A stretch of 64,000 nucleotides of DNA from Selaginella moellendorffii (lineage: Eukaryota > Plantae > Lycopodiophyta), in the NCBI RefSeq assembly GCF_000143415.4, contig NW_003314334.1, positions 1 to 64,000 of the forward strand, in the 5' to 3' direction. How positions within the stretch are numbered: position 1 is the stretch's first letter; each line of letters opens with the position of its first letter. Positions 38,905-50,700 of this stretch are shown here, piece by piece. A model generated the notes under the pieces. It saw only the letters and a list, made by a program, of their open reading frames with translations. It did no database searches and was not told the DNA's origin. The translations under genes were made by a program, and so were the position numbers.

Positions 38905-41900
38905 TCAAGCTCCTGGTCCATCTTCCACAGCCGTATACATCAAGGAGGCATTGGGCCCGTCACTCCGAGATAGTACACCTTTCAACTGGCTGACATAAAA
39001 TACCGGATGAATTTTCACCCCAGCTGGTAGCCGCACTCGATAAGCCGCTTTACCAATGCGCTCCAGCACTTCATATGGACCAGCATATCGATGGGAAAGT
39101 TTATCACTCTTCCCTGTCCGTAAAGGCACCAAGGTGTTCTGCCGCTCACTTGACGGAAAGATCACCCGCACAAAGACAAGATCACCCACCTTATATTCCC
39201 GGAATTGGCGATGCTCATTGGCAAACTTCTCCGCTCTATCCTGAGCTGCTTGCAAATTCCGTTTGCACACCACCAGAATCTCATCAAGTTCTGTGGCCAG
39301 ATCAGTTGCCTCGGAATCAAGCTTATCTTGAACGTCCTTACTCAAATGCAATCCCAACTCCACCGCTGTTCGAGGATGCCTTCCAAACATCGCAAAGTAA
39401 GGACTTAGCTTGGTTCCACTGTGTTGGCTATTGTTGTAAGCAAATTGCACCAACAGAAGATATAGATCCCATTGTCCTTGCCTTTGACCAATGCTACAAC
39501 GTAGCATATCCTCCACCACCTGATTCACACGCTCAGTTTGCCCATCCGTCTGAGGATGATCTCCACTCGAGAGTTTCAAAGTCACTTGCATAGCCTTTGC
39601 AAAGCTTTTCCAAAATCCACTAGTGAACTTTGAATCTCGATCACTAATGATGTCCTCCGGCAAACCAAAATCAGGAAAAACCTTCTCCAAGTAAACCGCA
39701 GCCAAGTCTGAGGCAGTGACAGTCTTCCGAAGAGCCAACAACCGCACATACTTCGTCAACCGATCCACTATGACCCATACTTGCTCCTTTTGCCTCTGTG
39801 TTCGTGGCAAACAAGTGATGAAGTCCATAGAGATACTACACCAACGGCTCTGAGGAATAGGTAAAGGTTGCAAAAGTCCCCCCGGCTTCTCCCGTGGCAC
39901 CTTAACTCGCTGACAAAGCTTGCATGATTTACAATACTTGAGGATATCAGCCTTCATATTCCTCCAATAAAAGTTGCGCTTAATCAACTCATACGTCTTC
40001 TTCCCCCCAAAATGACCAGCCTCTGGACGATCATGATAGTGGAATAAAACTTGAGTAATTAACGCATCCACCTGTGGCAAATAGACACGGCCATTGTAGT
40101 AGAGAATCCCATCCACCAATGAGAAAGGAGCTTCCATCTGGTCTCGCAAAGAGGCCACCTCAGCATCCTGAGCCTGAGCATGCTCAACCAATTGCCCAAA
40201 CTCGCTGACCACCTTACTCAAATGATGACAAAATCGTGTTCGTAACGTCGTCACATGACGAACACGAGATAAAGCATCCGCCACCACATTTGTTTTTCCC
40301 GGATGATGCTCAATAGGAAACTCCCCAAACTCCATGAGTTTGACCATCCAACGAGCTTGCCTAGTGTTCAACTCCTTCTGTGTGAAAAGATACACAAGTG
40401 GTTTGTGATCTGTCAACACCACGAACACTGCACCATAAAGATAGTGCCGCCATGTCCGCAAAGCATGAACAATAGAGAGTAACTCTTGCTCATATGTGGA
40501 ATAGCGTTGCTCCACGGAATTCAAAGTTCGACTCTCATATGCAATAGGCTGTCCCTCTTGCATGAGAACTCCTCCCAGTGCATAACCACTCGCATCGCAT
40601 GTCACCTCGTAAGGTTTCGATGGATCAGCAATGCGAAGCACTGGAGCCTCGCTCAACAATCGTTTCAGCGCCACAAAACTCTCCTCTTGTGGCATCTTCC
40701 ACTCGAATGGCACATTCTTGTGTAGCATCCGCGTCAAAGGAATAGCCACCTCTGCAAACTTATGCTGGAAACGTCGGTAGTAACTAGCCATACCAAGAAA
40801 ACTGCGCAACTCGGCCACTATAGTCGGTGTAGGCCAGTTTTCCACCACAGCCACCTTCCTTGGATCCGTCTTGACACCCTTAGATGTCACAATATGGCCT
40901 AGATATTCCACCTCCGACTTTGCAAACTCACATTTGCTCTTCTTCGCATAAAGTTTGCTGTCTCGAAGTAACAAAAGAACCTTGCGCAAATGCACCTTAT
41001 GCTCCTCCATATTCTTGCTAAAAACAAGAATATCGTCCAAGAAAATCTCCACAAACTCATGAAGATAACGCCCAAATACCTCTGTCATCAACCGAGTAAA
41101 TGTGGCCAGTGCATTCGTCAAACCAAACGGCATAACTGTAAACTCAAAATGTCCGAAGCTTGTGTTGAATGCCGTCTTGGAGATAGATGCATCATCCATT
41201 GCAATCTGATGATATCCACTCCTCAGATCAATCTTGGTAAACACTCGTGCTTCACCAAGCTTGTCTAGGATATCATCTACACGTGGCATCGGCATCTTAT
41301 CCTTCACTGTCTTCTTGTTCAAAGCGCGGTAGTCAATACACATTCGCATTGAACCGTCCTTCTTCTTCACAAGCAAGACCGGAGCACCAAATGGAGACTT
41401 ACTTGGCTGAATGAATCCAAACTCAAGTAACTCCTTGACTTGTCGTTGAACTTCTTGCTCCTTCGCATAACTTAACCGAAATGGACGCCGGTAAATTGGC
41501 CGCGTCCCCGGCTCCAATGTAATCCCATGCTCCACACCTCGTAATGGAGGCAATCCATGAGGAAGTTCAGATGGAAAAACATCAGAAAACTCGTCGAGTA
41601 CATCCTGTACTGTTGCTTCTCCCCCACACGTGCCTTGGTCGCCCAAGTCACGAACAAACAGCAAGTAACTCGAAAGTGCTTTTCCATTACGACAAGCCCG
41701 CTTCAAAGATGTAGCAGAGAGCATAACAACTGGTGGTTGAACGCCCTCGCCAAACCACATATCTTTAACTCCACCATACTCCAGCGAGATACGCTTAATG
41801 CTCCACTTTATCTCTGGATCCACCTTCACCAACCATGGCATCCCAAGGATGAGATCCACATGATGGATATCCGCGAGATAAAAAGTCTCCACAAGTGTGG

Positions 41901-42465
41901 TTTTGCCAACCAACACTTCCAGCCCCTCAACACAAGCATCGAAATGCTGAGCAGAGGTAGCTGCACCTTCCACTGTGTATGGAAGAACTCCACGTGTGTT
42001 CAGGCGATGCTCCGCAACAAACTTTGCCGAAACAAAGTTGTCATCGCTCCCACTATCCAGTAAAATCCGCACTGGATCGCCACGGAACACGCCCTCCAGC
42101 ATTAAAGCTGATTCATGTGTATCCTCGAGCTCCATCTTGTTCCACACACAGTTGAGTTGACGAGCAACGATCGAAAGTCTCTTCCTTCGACCGGAATGGT
42201 CGTTCTCGTCATCCTCACGCTGTAAAGCTTGCAACTTTTTAGTATCTGAATTACCGTGAGAAGATGATTGGCCATTCTTCTTGTCCTGCTGCTTGTTCTT
42301 CAACTGCGGACAATCAGCCTTGTAGTGTCCAAGTTTGCCACAATGATGACAACCCTGTCTATAATTCTTCACAAGAACTTTTGCTTCTTGGACCCCTTTG
42401 CATCTGAAGTAGTCACCACCGACTTCAACTTGTGATGCTTGTTCCCATCCTTGTGTCCACGGCAA
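38905..42465 (-). CDS. pol: Gag C-terminus/Pol of element C (zinc knuckle, PR, RT, RNase H, IN; no chromodomain seen)
   Basis: CHHCGKLGHYKADC, LLDSGS, FLDD, TCDAS..YEQEL..TDH, HPQTDGQTERVN, AGPY; 1186-aa open frame. Confidence 0.93.
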   Translation of the reverse strand: MPWTQGWEQASQVEVGGDYFRCKGVQEAKVLVKNYRQGCHHCGKLGHYKADCPQLKNKQQDKKNGQSSSHGNSDTKKLQALQREDDENDHSGRRKRLSIVARQLNCVWNKMELEDTHESALMLEGVFRGDPVRILLDSGSDDNFVSAKFVAEHRLNTRGVLPYTVEGAATSAQHFDACVEGLEVLVGKTTLVETFYLADIHHVDLILGMPWLVKVDPEIKWSIKRISLEYGGVKDMWFGEGVQPPVVMLSATSLKRACRNGKALSSYLLFVRDLGDQGTCGGEATVQDVLDEFSDVFPSELPHGLPPLRGVEHGITLEPGTRPIYRRPFRLSYAKEQEVQRQVKELLEFGFIQPSKSPFGAPVLLVKKKDGSMRMCIDYRALNKKTVKDKMPMPRVDDILDKLGEARVFTKIDLRSGYHQIAMDDASISKTAFNTSFGHFEFTVMPFGLTNALATFTRLMTEVFGRYLHEFVEIFLDDILVFSKNMEEHKVHLRKVLLLLRDSKLYAKKSKCEFAKSEVEYLGHIVTSKGVKTDPRKVAVVENWPTPTIVAELRSFLGMASYYRRFQHKFAEVAIPLTRMLHKNVPFEWKMPQEESFVALKRLLSEAPVLRIADPSKPYEVTCDASGYALGGVLMQEGQPIAYESRTLNSVEQRYSTYEQELLSIVHALRTWRHYLYGAVFVVLTDHKPLVYLFTQKELNTRQARWMVKLMEFGEFPIEHHPGKTNVVADALSRVRHVTTLRTRFCHHLSKVVSEFGQLVEHAQAQDAEVASLRDQMEAPFSLVDGILYYNGRVYLPQVDALITQVLFHYHDRPEAGHFGGKKTYELIKRNFYWRNMKADILKYCKSCKLCQRVKVPREKPGGLLQPLPIPQSRWCSISMDFITCLPRTQRQKEQVWVIVDRLTKYVRLLALRKTVTASDLAAVYLEKVFPDFGLPEDIISDRDSKFTSGFWKSFAKAMQVTLKLSSGDHPQTDGQTERVNQVVEDMLRCSIGQRQGQWDLYLLLVQFAYNNSQHSGTKLSPYFAMFGRHPRTAVELGLHLSKDVQDKLDSEATDLATELDEILVVCKRNLQAAQDRAEKFANEHRQFREYKVGDLVFVRVIFPSSERQNTLVPLRTGKSDKLSHRYAGPYEVLERIGKAAYRVRLPAGVKIHPVFYVSQLKGVLSRSDGPNASLMYTAVEDGPGA

Positions 42466-43255
42466 TCATCACGACGATTCTCGACAGAAGGACCCCGCGA
42501 ACGCTTGCGAGACTTATGCTTGTCATTGTCAAGGCGACGAGCCGCATCAAAGAGCTCCTCCAAACTCTTTGTAGGCTGAGAATGACGCAAGTGTTGCCGC
42601 ATGCTCTCACTATGTAGGCCATCAATGAAGTAGGACTTGTTCTGATCTGGATCCTTCGTTGGAACACGACTAATCAAGCGAGTAAGCTTCTCAATATAAT
42701 CCCCGAGCGTCATTTTCCCTTGCTAGAAATGGCGAAGTTCTGTACGAGCATTCTCCACGTCGTAATGAGGGGCAAAACGTAAACGGAAAGCAGCCTCAAA
42801 CTCATCCATGGTAGACACTGGTGGTTTCTTATCCGCAACACGGGACTCCTCAAGCCAATTCCACCATCGAAGACCCGCATCATGCAAAACCATCGGAATA
42901 GCCACTAAAGCCTTTGCATCTGGAGTTCCTCTAGCAGCCAAAAACTTCTTCACATTGGCTAGCCAAGCAAGACACTCGTCCACACCACCATCACCGGAAA
43001 GGTTGGAATCTTGAGTTGATCTACCAAAGAAGGCTTACTTGGAGCACTACCCCGTCCAGCCTCGAGTGTCTCAACACGCCCACACATGGTATCCATCATG
43101 CCATGCATCTCGTCTTGCATCTCTTGCTGATTTTTATTAAGGGCTCGCAGCTCATGAACCACATCTTGAATGGTCCAAATCTCCGCAGCTTCGTCGGCAC
43201 CATCGTCGGCACCACCATCGACAATAGGATTCTAGTGTTCAGCTTGGTCGGCCAT
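42369..43255 (-). pseudogene. gag: Gag of element C (stops and frameshifts)
   Basis: 'KIPTF..DG..WLANV..FL', 'AGLRWW', 'F..RF.P', 'YFIDGL'. Confidence 0.75.
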
Positions 43256-43630
43256 CGCAACCAATCCTCTGATACCAATGTTATGATCCGGCGCAAAAAG
43301 ACAAAGATCTTGTTGCCCTAGACTATGCTACGCCACCTCTTGAAGTTCCTCACCACCCAACCACACCCGAGCTACCTCAAAAGCTCCACGCGCCGCCACT
43401 CCACTGTGAGCCCTAGGGTAGGTTAAGTCCCTTACCCTAACATGCCTTAATATACCCTTGAGCCTCCCTTTGACCGACGTTGACCACGTAGTCAAAGCTG
43501 GCGCCTAATAGAGACTAACTTAGGCACACCGCTAAGTGGGGGGATGCCCCCGGAGACATGGTCAACAAGTCGTAGGATAAAAAAGAGACGTTCGATGTGG
43601 CCATCGAACTTCTTCTATGGGTGGTGGAGT

Positions 43631-44788
43631 TGTAAGGAACCAACTCCCCGAGATGTCGTAGGCTAAAGGATCCCCGAAAGCTTGACCGAAATGACAAAGA
43701 GTTCATCGAATGGGACCAAGTCGAAGATCGAGTCCAAGACCGACTCTAAGACCGAGTTCGAGATAGAGTCCGGGATCGAGCCGAGGCCGAATCGGAGACC
43801 GAGATTGAGACCGAGTTCGAGACCGAGTTCGAGACGGAGTCCGAGATCCAATTCGGGTCCGAGACCGAGTCCGAGGTCGAGTCCGAAGTCGAGTCCGAGA
43901 TCGGGTCCGAGATCGAGTCCGAGATCGAGTCCGAGACCGAGTCTGAAGTCGGGTCCGAGATCGAGTCCGAGATCGATTCTGAGACTAAGTCCACATACTA
44001 ATACAGCTCAAGGGGTGAAAGCCCAAAGCGTGTGTCTCCCAGGGGGGGGGGGGGCTGCAGGGGGTTCCAAAAGTATAGTAGGGATAGTGAGGTCCAGGAA
44101 CCAGTCTTGAAGGAACTCTCCAGTGGTGCTTCCAAACTGACTTGAGGTTGAGACTGGGGCCGAGGGGCCTTGGGTGGGAGTGAGCATGGGCTTGGGTGGT
44201 GCCGGAGGGGCCACCCAGGGAAGTGCTCAAGAGCAGCTCCCACTCCCGAAAGGGAAACCAACTGCGGTGCTCCCGACTCCTGTGGAGTGATGCCCCACTT
44301 GAGTACCTTGTGGCTCATTGGTCCTCGCCCTTCCTAAGGGCTTAGGCCTTCCCTTCGGGATGGAAGTGGGGGGTAGAGGTACCCATACCAGGCCGTTAGG
44401 CCACGGTGTTTCCCCCTGACGTCCTGAAGCAAGTGCTGCACCCAAGGCTTGGGATTTAGAGGGTTCCATGATCAAGTCTTGTGGTACCAAGGGGTGTTAG
44501 GAATCTGGAGGCTTGGTGTGCTTGGCTGCTTGTGCCTGTGGGGAGTGTAGCCGAACCTTAAGTCCAGTCTAACCTAGGGAGGGGGATTGGGAGAGATTTG
44601 GGAATCCGTAGATGGATGGCTAACACTCCATTGCTCATGCAGTGAGTAGCTGAAACCAAGTAGGACCAAGTGGGAGCTGGTACCATAGGCGAGAACCTTG
44701 GCGAGGGAACTTAGCACAAGCCAAGGCAGAGTTGGTCGGATAGACGAGGTAAGCTGACAAATTGGAAAGGAAAACTTTGTGGCTTACA
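43631..44788 (+). repeat. 3' LTR of element B
   Basis: Direct repeat of 32071-33254; preceded by PPT. Confidence 0.95.
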
Positions 44789-47700
44789 GTGATCTCATCT
44801 CCATCGGGACATCCCAGAGTGCAATATTGAGAGGAAAGCTCCCTCCTTTCAGTTGTGCTTGTTCTTCTGCAGTGAACTTTGGGACCCAGGGGTGGAAAGA
44901 CACAACCCATTGGCTATCAATCACTCCATGCAGCTCCTCTGCTCGCCTTCTTGCCTCCTCATCCTCGAACACGACTGTGTAGCATCCTTTACCATACAGG
45001 AGTAGCTTCTGGACCGTGATCCTTTTCTCCAGCGATGCGTTGAGCCAGTCGATGGCTAGGCGTCTTGTTGGGAAGCTACCTCGGAAGACCGCAATAGTTT
45101 CTTTTAGTTTCAGCTCTGCTTCCTTGGCCGCCACTACTTGCTGCAAGTGGTCCCGTAGCTGCACTATTTTAGTCCTGCTATTATACATTACCCTCCCACT
45201 TTTGGGGACCTGCACGTTTGTCTTCGTCTCTAAGCCGTCTCCGCTTCCATGTGTACCCTCTTTGCTGTTCTGTCCTGCGTCAATGTCCTGGTCCTTGGAT
45301 CCCTCAGGGTCCTTGGACTGGTCCTCTCTCCCACCGTTTCCTCCATCTCTTTCTGCTTGAACTTTGAGGCACTCAGCTTCCTCTCTTTCGGACAAGTCTC
45401 CTGTTTTCTTTTCGATCGCCGTGCTGCAGTGGCTGTGTCACAATCTCCCCGAGCAACACTCCCTCAGTCTCAAGGCTTGTGTCAAGCATTTGGCGTCCTC
45501 TCTTGCTCCTTGCTCCACGCCTTCAACTTTCTCCTCGCCGCCTTGCGTTCTTTTTTCTTTTCTGTCTTGTTCTTCTTGCACTCCTTCTGGGCCTCTTCTC
45601 TCATTTGTTGCATTTCCCTCTCCTGGTCCTCAAGTAGTTTTGTAAGAGGCTTATCTAAGTCTCTACGCTTCTGCTGCTCCCCTTGGGTATCTTTCCCCTG
45701 TCCGCTTCGGGTGGCCATCCTTTCTTCCAGGTTTAGCAGTTTTGCCTTGTCCAGATTCTTCCTGCTCTCCATCTCGTCCGCGACTAGGTGGAAAGCCTCC
45801 CTGTATGCTGGGCCAAGTACTAGGTCCTCCCCGAGTACATTTGTCTCTTGGTGCCAGATTTCTGCCATGAGGATATCCTGGTGTAGAATGAGATCTTCTG
45901 TGGAGCTCCTACTAAGCTTCAGCTTGAAGTCCCTCAGACACCAATGCAGCTCTCCTGCATCGGACAAGCATGGCATGCACTTCTGTACGTCGACTGTCCT
46001 TGTGTGAGACATGATCTTTGGTTGAGATCCCACCGATTTAGCGGGAGACGGCATCTCCGGCTCCTTCAGTCTATTTGTGAGGTCTGAGAGGCATTTGTGC
46101 ACGAACTTGCAGCTGAGTGAGACCACAATGCTCCTGTCTCTGATATTCGCTCGATCCAGTGGCAAGGCGAAGTCCCCTAGGACATTCTCTCTCCCTTCCT
46201 GCTTGTTCGGGCTCCTCTGCGTTTCAGGGTCGTCCCTTGTCTCCCGTCTCAGGGTGTGTGGTGTTGGAGAGGGCTCTCATTCCATTCTAGGCTCAGTGGT
46301 GGGGGACACCATACTCCCCTCATTGTCCTCTTTTCCTGTTTCTGCTCTTGCTCGGCTTGTCTCGCCTCGCTCGCGAGTGACTCTCCCTTGCTTACGTGGT
46401 GTTGTTGTCCGGGAACCTTCGCCACCTTTCATCTCCTGGTTCAATGTTGCCATTTCTCCTGCTCCTTGGGCTCCCAGGTGACTCCTCGGAGTTACATTTC
46501 CCAGCAGCTGGTGCTGTTCCACTGGTTCTTTGTCCACTGGAATTACGAGGCTTAGCCCCGCACTCTGCTCTAGTACGCCCAACCTTATGGGACTTCTCAC
46601 ATCCTCCTCCTTTGCCCATACCTTCTTTGCCAGCCTCCCTAGGCTCCTTGTCCACATGGGGCTCAACCTTCCCTCGACCTTGTCCTTCTGTGTTTCCACC
46701 CAAAGAGTGTCTTTAGTGGACTGCAAGTCCTCCCTGGCCCAGCTCGAGCCCGAGCCTTCATCTACTCCAACTTGGTTAACCTTGCATCTGTCCATTGATC
46801 GAACTGAGCTGGCTGGGGCGCCTCCAACCACTGCTCGAGACTCCCTCATCTTGGGCGTGCTGGCCTCAACCATTCCCTTGAGGAGCTTGAGATTTTCTTC
46901 TGCCCGGGCCATCGTCTCCTTAGTTCCTCTCTGTATTTCTTCTGTGACATCTTCTATCTTTTTTGCCTTCTACTTCTCACTGTCCAACCCCTGGGACTGT
47001 TTCGTCTGTGGGACTCCTCTGTTGGATGCGTTGCTGCTGGGATCCAAGTTCATCTTACCAGGCCCTGTGTTGTCGTGGCAGCCGAGGGGTTGCTGCTTCG
47101 TGCCCATTGGGGTCTTGTGGCTTGCTGCTCGTCCTTTGATCAGTCCACCTTGGGGTAGGCGAATGCTGAGGCCTCTCCCTCTTGTCCCTTGTCCCAACGT
47201 GATGGGCTGCCCTTGAGCTCTTCCTCTGCTCGGTGATTTGTTTGGGTCCATCTTGGACGCAAGAAAATGAGACAACACAGAGATCAAAATAGAGAGCTTC
47301 TTCCCTGAATCTCGCGGCGGATGCCCCCGCTGACGGTAGCAAGTGTGGGGAGATTGGGTGCTCTCCCCTTAGCGCTCTTCTACCTCTGACTGCTCCTCCG
47401 GTCACGGCAGCCATGGTGCTGGACGCTGCACCCCTTTACGCCCTAAAACACCAATCATTTTTTAGGTCCCTTTGGACACAGGACGAACACCATTGTGTTC
47501 AGGCCAATCTCTACATTCCGTAGATATGCCAAATGAGCGAATCTAGACACTTTCCATAAATAGTATTTGGGACCAAAATGAGACTAACACAAAAGGCATG
47601 ATAGCAAGGGTGTTTAGCAGACACGGTAAGCTATCATCCAGCGATATTGAGGGACCAATCTCAATATGTGAGGGTTCTTGTCAAGCCAGTGCAAGACAGA

Positions 47701-50700
47701 GCAAAAGAGAACTAAGAGCCAAGCTAAGTATGCTCAGCTAAAAACACATAGGAGTTCCTACCTTATGTCCATTTGGCTAAGTACAGGTGCTAAGCCCAGT
47801 AAACTAACACTTGAACAAGAGGGGCTGATAAAGGGAACCAGCAATACCGACCTCCTGCCATTATGGCAGTAAGTAAAAAGTGTCCGTAAGGGCTAGCCGA
47901 CAGATAACTTTTGATACCCGAAGTCACATTCGCGACACTCTCCCCCCGTAGGGAAGATCGACATCCTCGTTGATGCATACTCGAGTCTAGAATACCGCCA
48001 AGGAAACAACTCAAGAAAAAGTTCACGGTAGTCACACTATGTGAGAAATGCACCAACTTAAATGAGTTAGGAGGTAACCTCTTTGTCTAACGCGGATGCG
48101 CTACTAGCTCAGACACCTTTCGGCCGTCGCCAACAAGGAAATGACCAATGGAGTCAGCCACCCTTGCTGCTCTGGGTGTCACCCAACTACAAAAGTGTGA
48201 TATGCCCCTGCCCGCAAGGACATAGAGAGAGGAGCCAGAGGCCCCAACCCTCCTGAGCAAAGAAACCAAACCCATCGGTAAGGTTTAGATAGACTACTGT
48301 CAACAGGCAGTTAGAGTTGTTTACACAGTCACGCCCTTTTGAACGAAATAAGGAACATCGACAAAGAGGCGGGTGATGTGACCAGTTGATAGTAGCTACC
48401 CCATGATTAGAGATTTCACCATGCACACGAAGTGCTGAAGCCAGTCTGCCTATACTGGCCCAAACTCAAAGATCAATATATGGACTATATCAAAGTCATA
48501 GACAATGATATCTTAGAGATTTAATTATCAATGAAATAAAGCTTAGATTAGAACACAAAAGTATTCCAAGTAAGTTATCATCCGATAAATTAGTAGTTGA
48601 GTATAGAAACCACCAAGATCATCATAATTGGTAAACATAGGAATCACCATCCAACAAAATTCAATAACAAGTATATCATCAAGGAAACCCAATGATGAAA
48701 CTTAACTATCAAAGATTGCAAATAGTATTCCAAACAGCTTACCAAAGATAACTCAAAGAACACAAAGTATCATCGACTAGCAAGCAAAATGCTCGCGAAT
48801 GTATCACCTAAAGGAAATAACATCCCAATCTATCAGAACTAACTCTAGCAATAATCAACAGAACTGAATGAATGTAGTAAGATCAACAAACACTTGTTCA
48901 TGCCAACCATTGCACCAGCCAATCTGAATAGATCCTAGTCAACAATACCAAGGAGCTTAAGTTGCCTAAGCAAGTGTTAGTAATGTTTTACTAATGTCTC
49001 AAACCCAAGAGACCAATCCAGAGCAAACCACAAAGAACATGTGGTATTGCCAAAAGCCATAAGCCATCAAATAGAACAACTAATTATCATGAAATATCAT
49101 CAATCATCACATCAAAAGAGAGATGCATAATCGTCATTGAAGAAAGAATCCACCATCCCAAAGAATGGCAAATCATTCTAAATCAACGATAATCAAGCAA
49201 AACCTTTGACAAGGATAATCAACTATCCTAGATGATAGTCAATCATCACCAATAATTGCTAGATACAAAAGCCAACTTCAACATCAAAGCTAATGAGCCA
49301 AAATGCTTTCCCAAATAATTTCAAACAAATGGAATAATGAGCATAAAAACTCAAGGAACCGAAAGTTCGAAGAAGCCTATAGCTAAGTCATGCCTAACAA
49401 TGATCACAAATTTTGCATGAACTAACTTCAATGCTAAAGAGAAATCATGGTACAACCCACAATATTCTCAACACATCTAGAAGTCAAACTTCATAATGCT
49501 AAAGCTAATGAAGAGTATATTTACATCAATTCAAAAGCTAAGTATAACAAAGCTATGCTCAACAAATGATCACTGAATGATCTTCCATGAATCCATCTAT
49601 AGCAAGATGTAGCTCACTTCATAACAAGCCCAAGAGAAATCATCAATGATCGATATATTCCAACTCAAATCCAATAAAGATTCAAACATTTTAATATCAA
49701 TCACTAACTCTTCCACTTGTAAAGCTAGTATAGTCCACGACTAAATCACTTTTCAAGGAAAAGCTAAAACTCAACCTCAACTAAGCAATTTCATCTAGAA
49801 CACAACTAACTCAACTTACTACTTAGTTCATTTGAACATCAACACAATTGCTAATTAGCAAATGCATGAATGCCAACAACACAAAGCTAAAGCCAAATCA
49901 TCAACACTATTTTCATCAAGACTAATGAAATTCAATATCAATCTTTGGAAGGATATCTCATTCACTCAAATCTCAATATCAACAATGTTAACAACAAGGC
50001 ATCATTTCAATGCCATCAACTAGAAGAAAGCGAGAGTGAATCACCACCCAAAACTTTTTAGCAACTAAGCTAACCAAAGTCAAAGATACTTTAGTCAGTA
50101 TCCGAGACTAATCCTTCAGCAATACTCAGTTTCAGATAACATATCATCAAGGAGTGATTCACCACATCTATGACTCAATGCAATTCCAACACTACAGACT
50201 AAATGTAACCAAATGATATCGACAAAGGTAGAGCCAATATGCCAGTATGAAAAACTCATGTAAGTCTAACAACACGATCCTCCATAACATCATCCGGTAA
50301 AGCAAGCCCATCACTGCTAAATCAACATTTAGCAAAGCAAGTGTCAAATAGTCTTTGACAAAGTTTACAAGCAATCACTAGTTGCAAAGCAACCAACAAT
50401 CGCTCTTCAACTTGCCTTCACAAGACCCAAACACTAAACTCACGTCATCAAGTTATATACTTGTCCAATATGAATGTGATACCCTAGGCACGAGATAAAA
50501 GTTCATGGACAAGCACTAACGAAATGACCACTCGAATTCAACTCAACCGCAATAAGCTGACTAATGCATTTACCCAATAGCTCTGAGCATGCCTTGAACA
50601 GGCTAGCTATGCATGATCAACACTCAGTCGAAACTAAAGTGAAGACCATAAGATGGACTCATATTGGTACACAACCTCCTCATAGACAAAGCTATAGTAT

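Larger units (their letters stand above)
38598..43510 (-). mobile_element. Ty3/gypsy element C with short (~233 bp) LTRs, nested in element B
   Basis: LTRs 38598-38830 and 43279-43510; PBS reverse complement ctctgatacca at 43267-43277; PPT at 38831-38843; gag from 43255. Confidence 0.93.
32071..44788 (+). mobile_element. Full-length Ty3/gypsy chromovirus, element B
   Basis: LTRs 32071-33254 and 43631-44788 (TGTAAG..CTTACA); TSD GTGAT on both sides; PBS TTGGTATCGGAGCC at 33257; PPT before 43631; gag-PR-RT-RH-IN-chromodomain order. Confidence 0.95.
30222..47450 (-). mobile_element. L1/Tx1-type LINE, split by element B and truncated by element D; 5' boundary approximate
   Basis: Long ORF1 (~47251-44794 plus 32065-31326) with CRICQKLGHQEMAC knuckle; ORF1 stop and ORF2 start overlap (ATGA). 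ORF2 APE endonuclease motifs: 'TWNCRGL', 'NVYAP', 'GDFN', 'SRLDRIY', 'DHDPV'. In-frame stops. Confidence 0.85.

Noticed and set aside
45016-47216. Plus-strand ORFs of 100-250 aa
   Set aside because: Antisense shadows of LINE ORF1.
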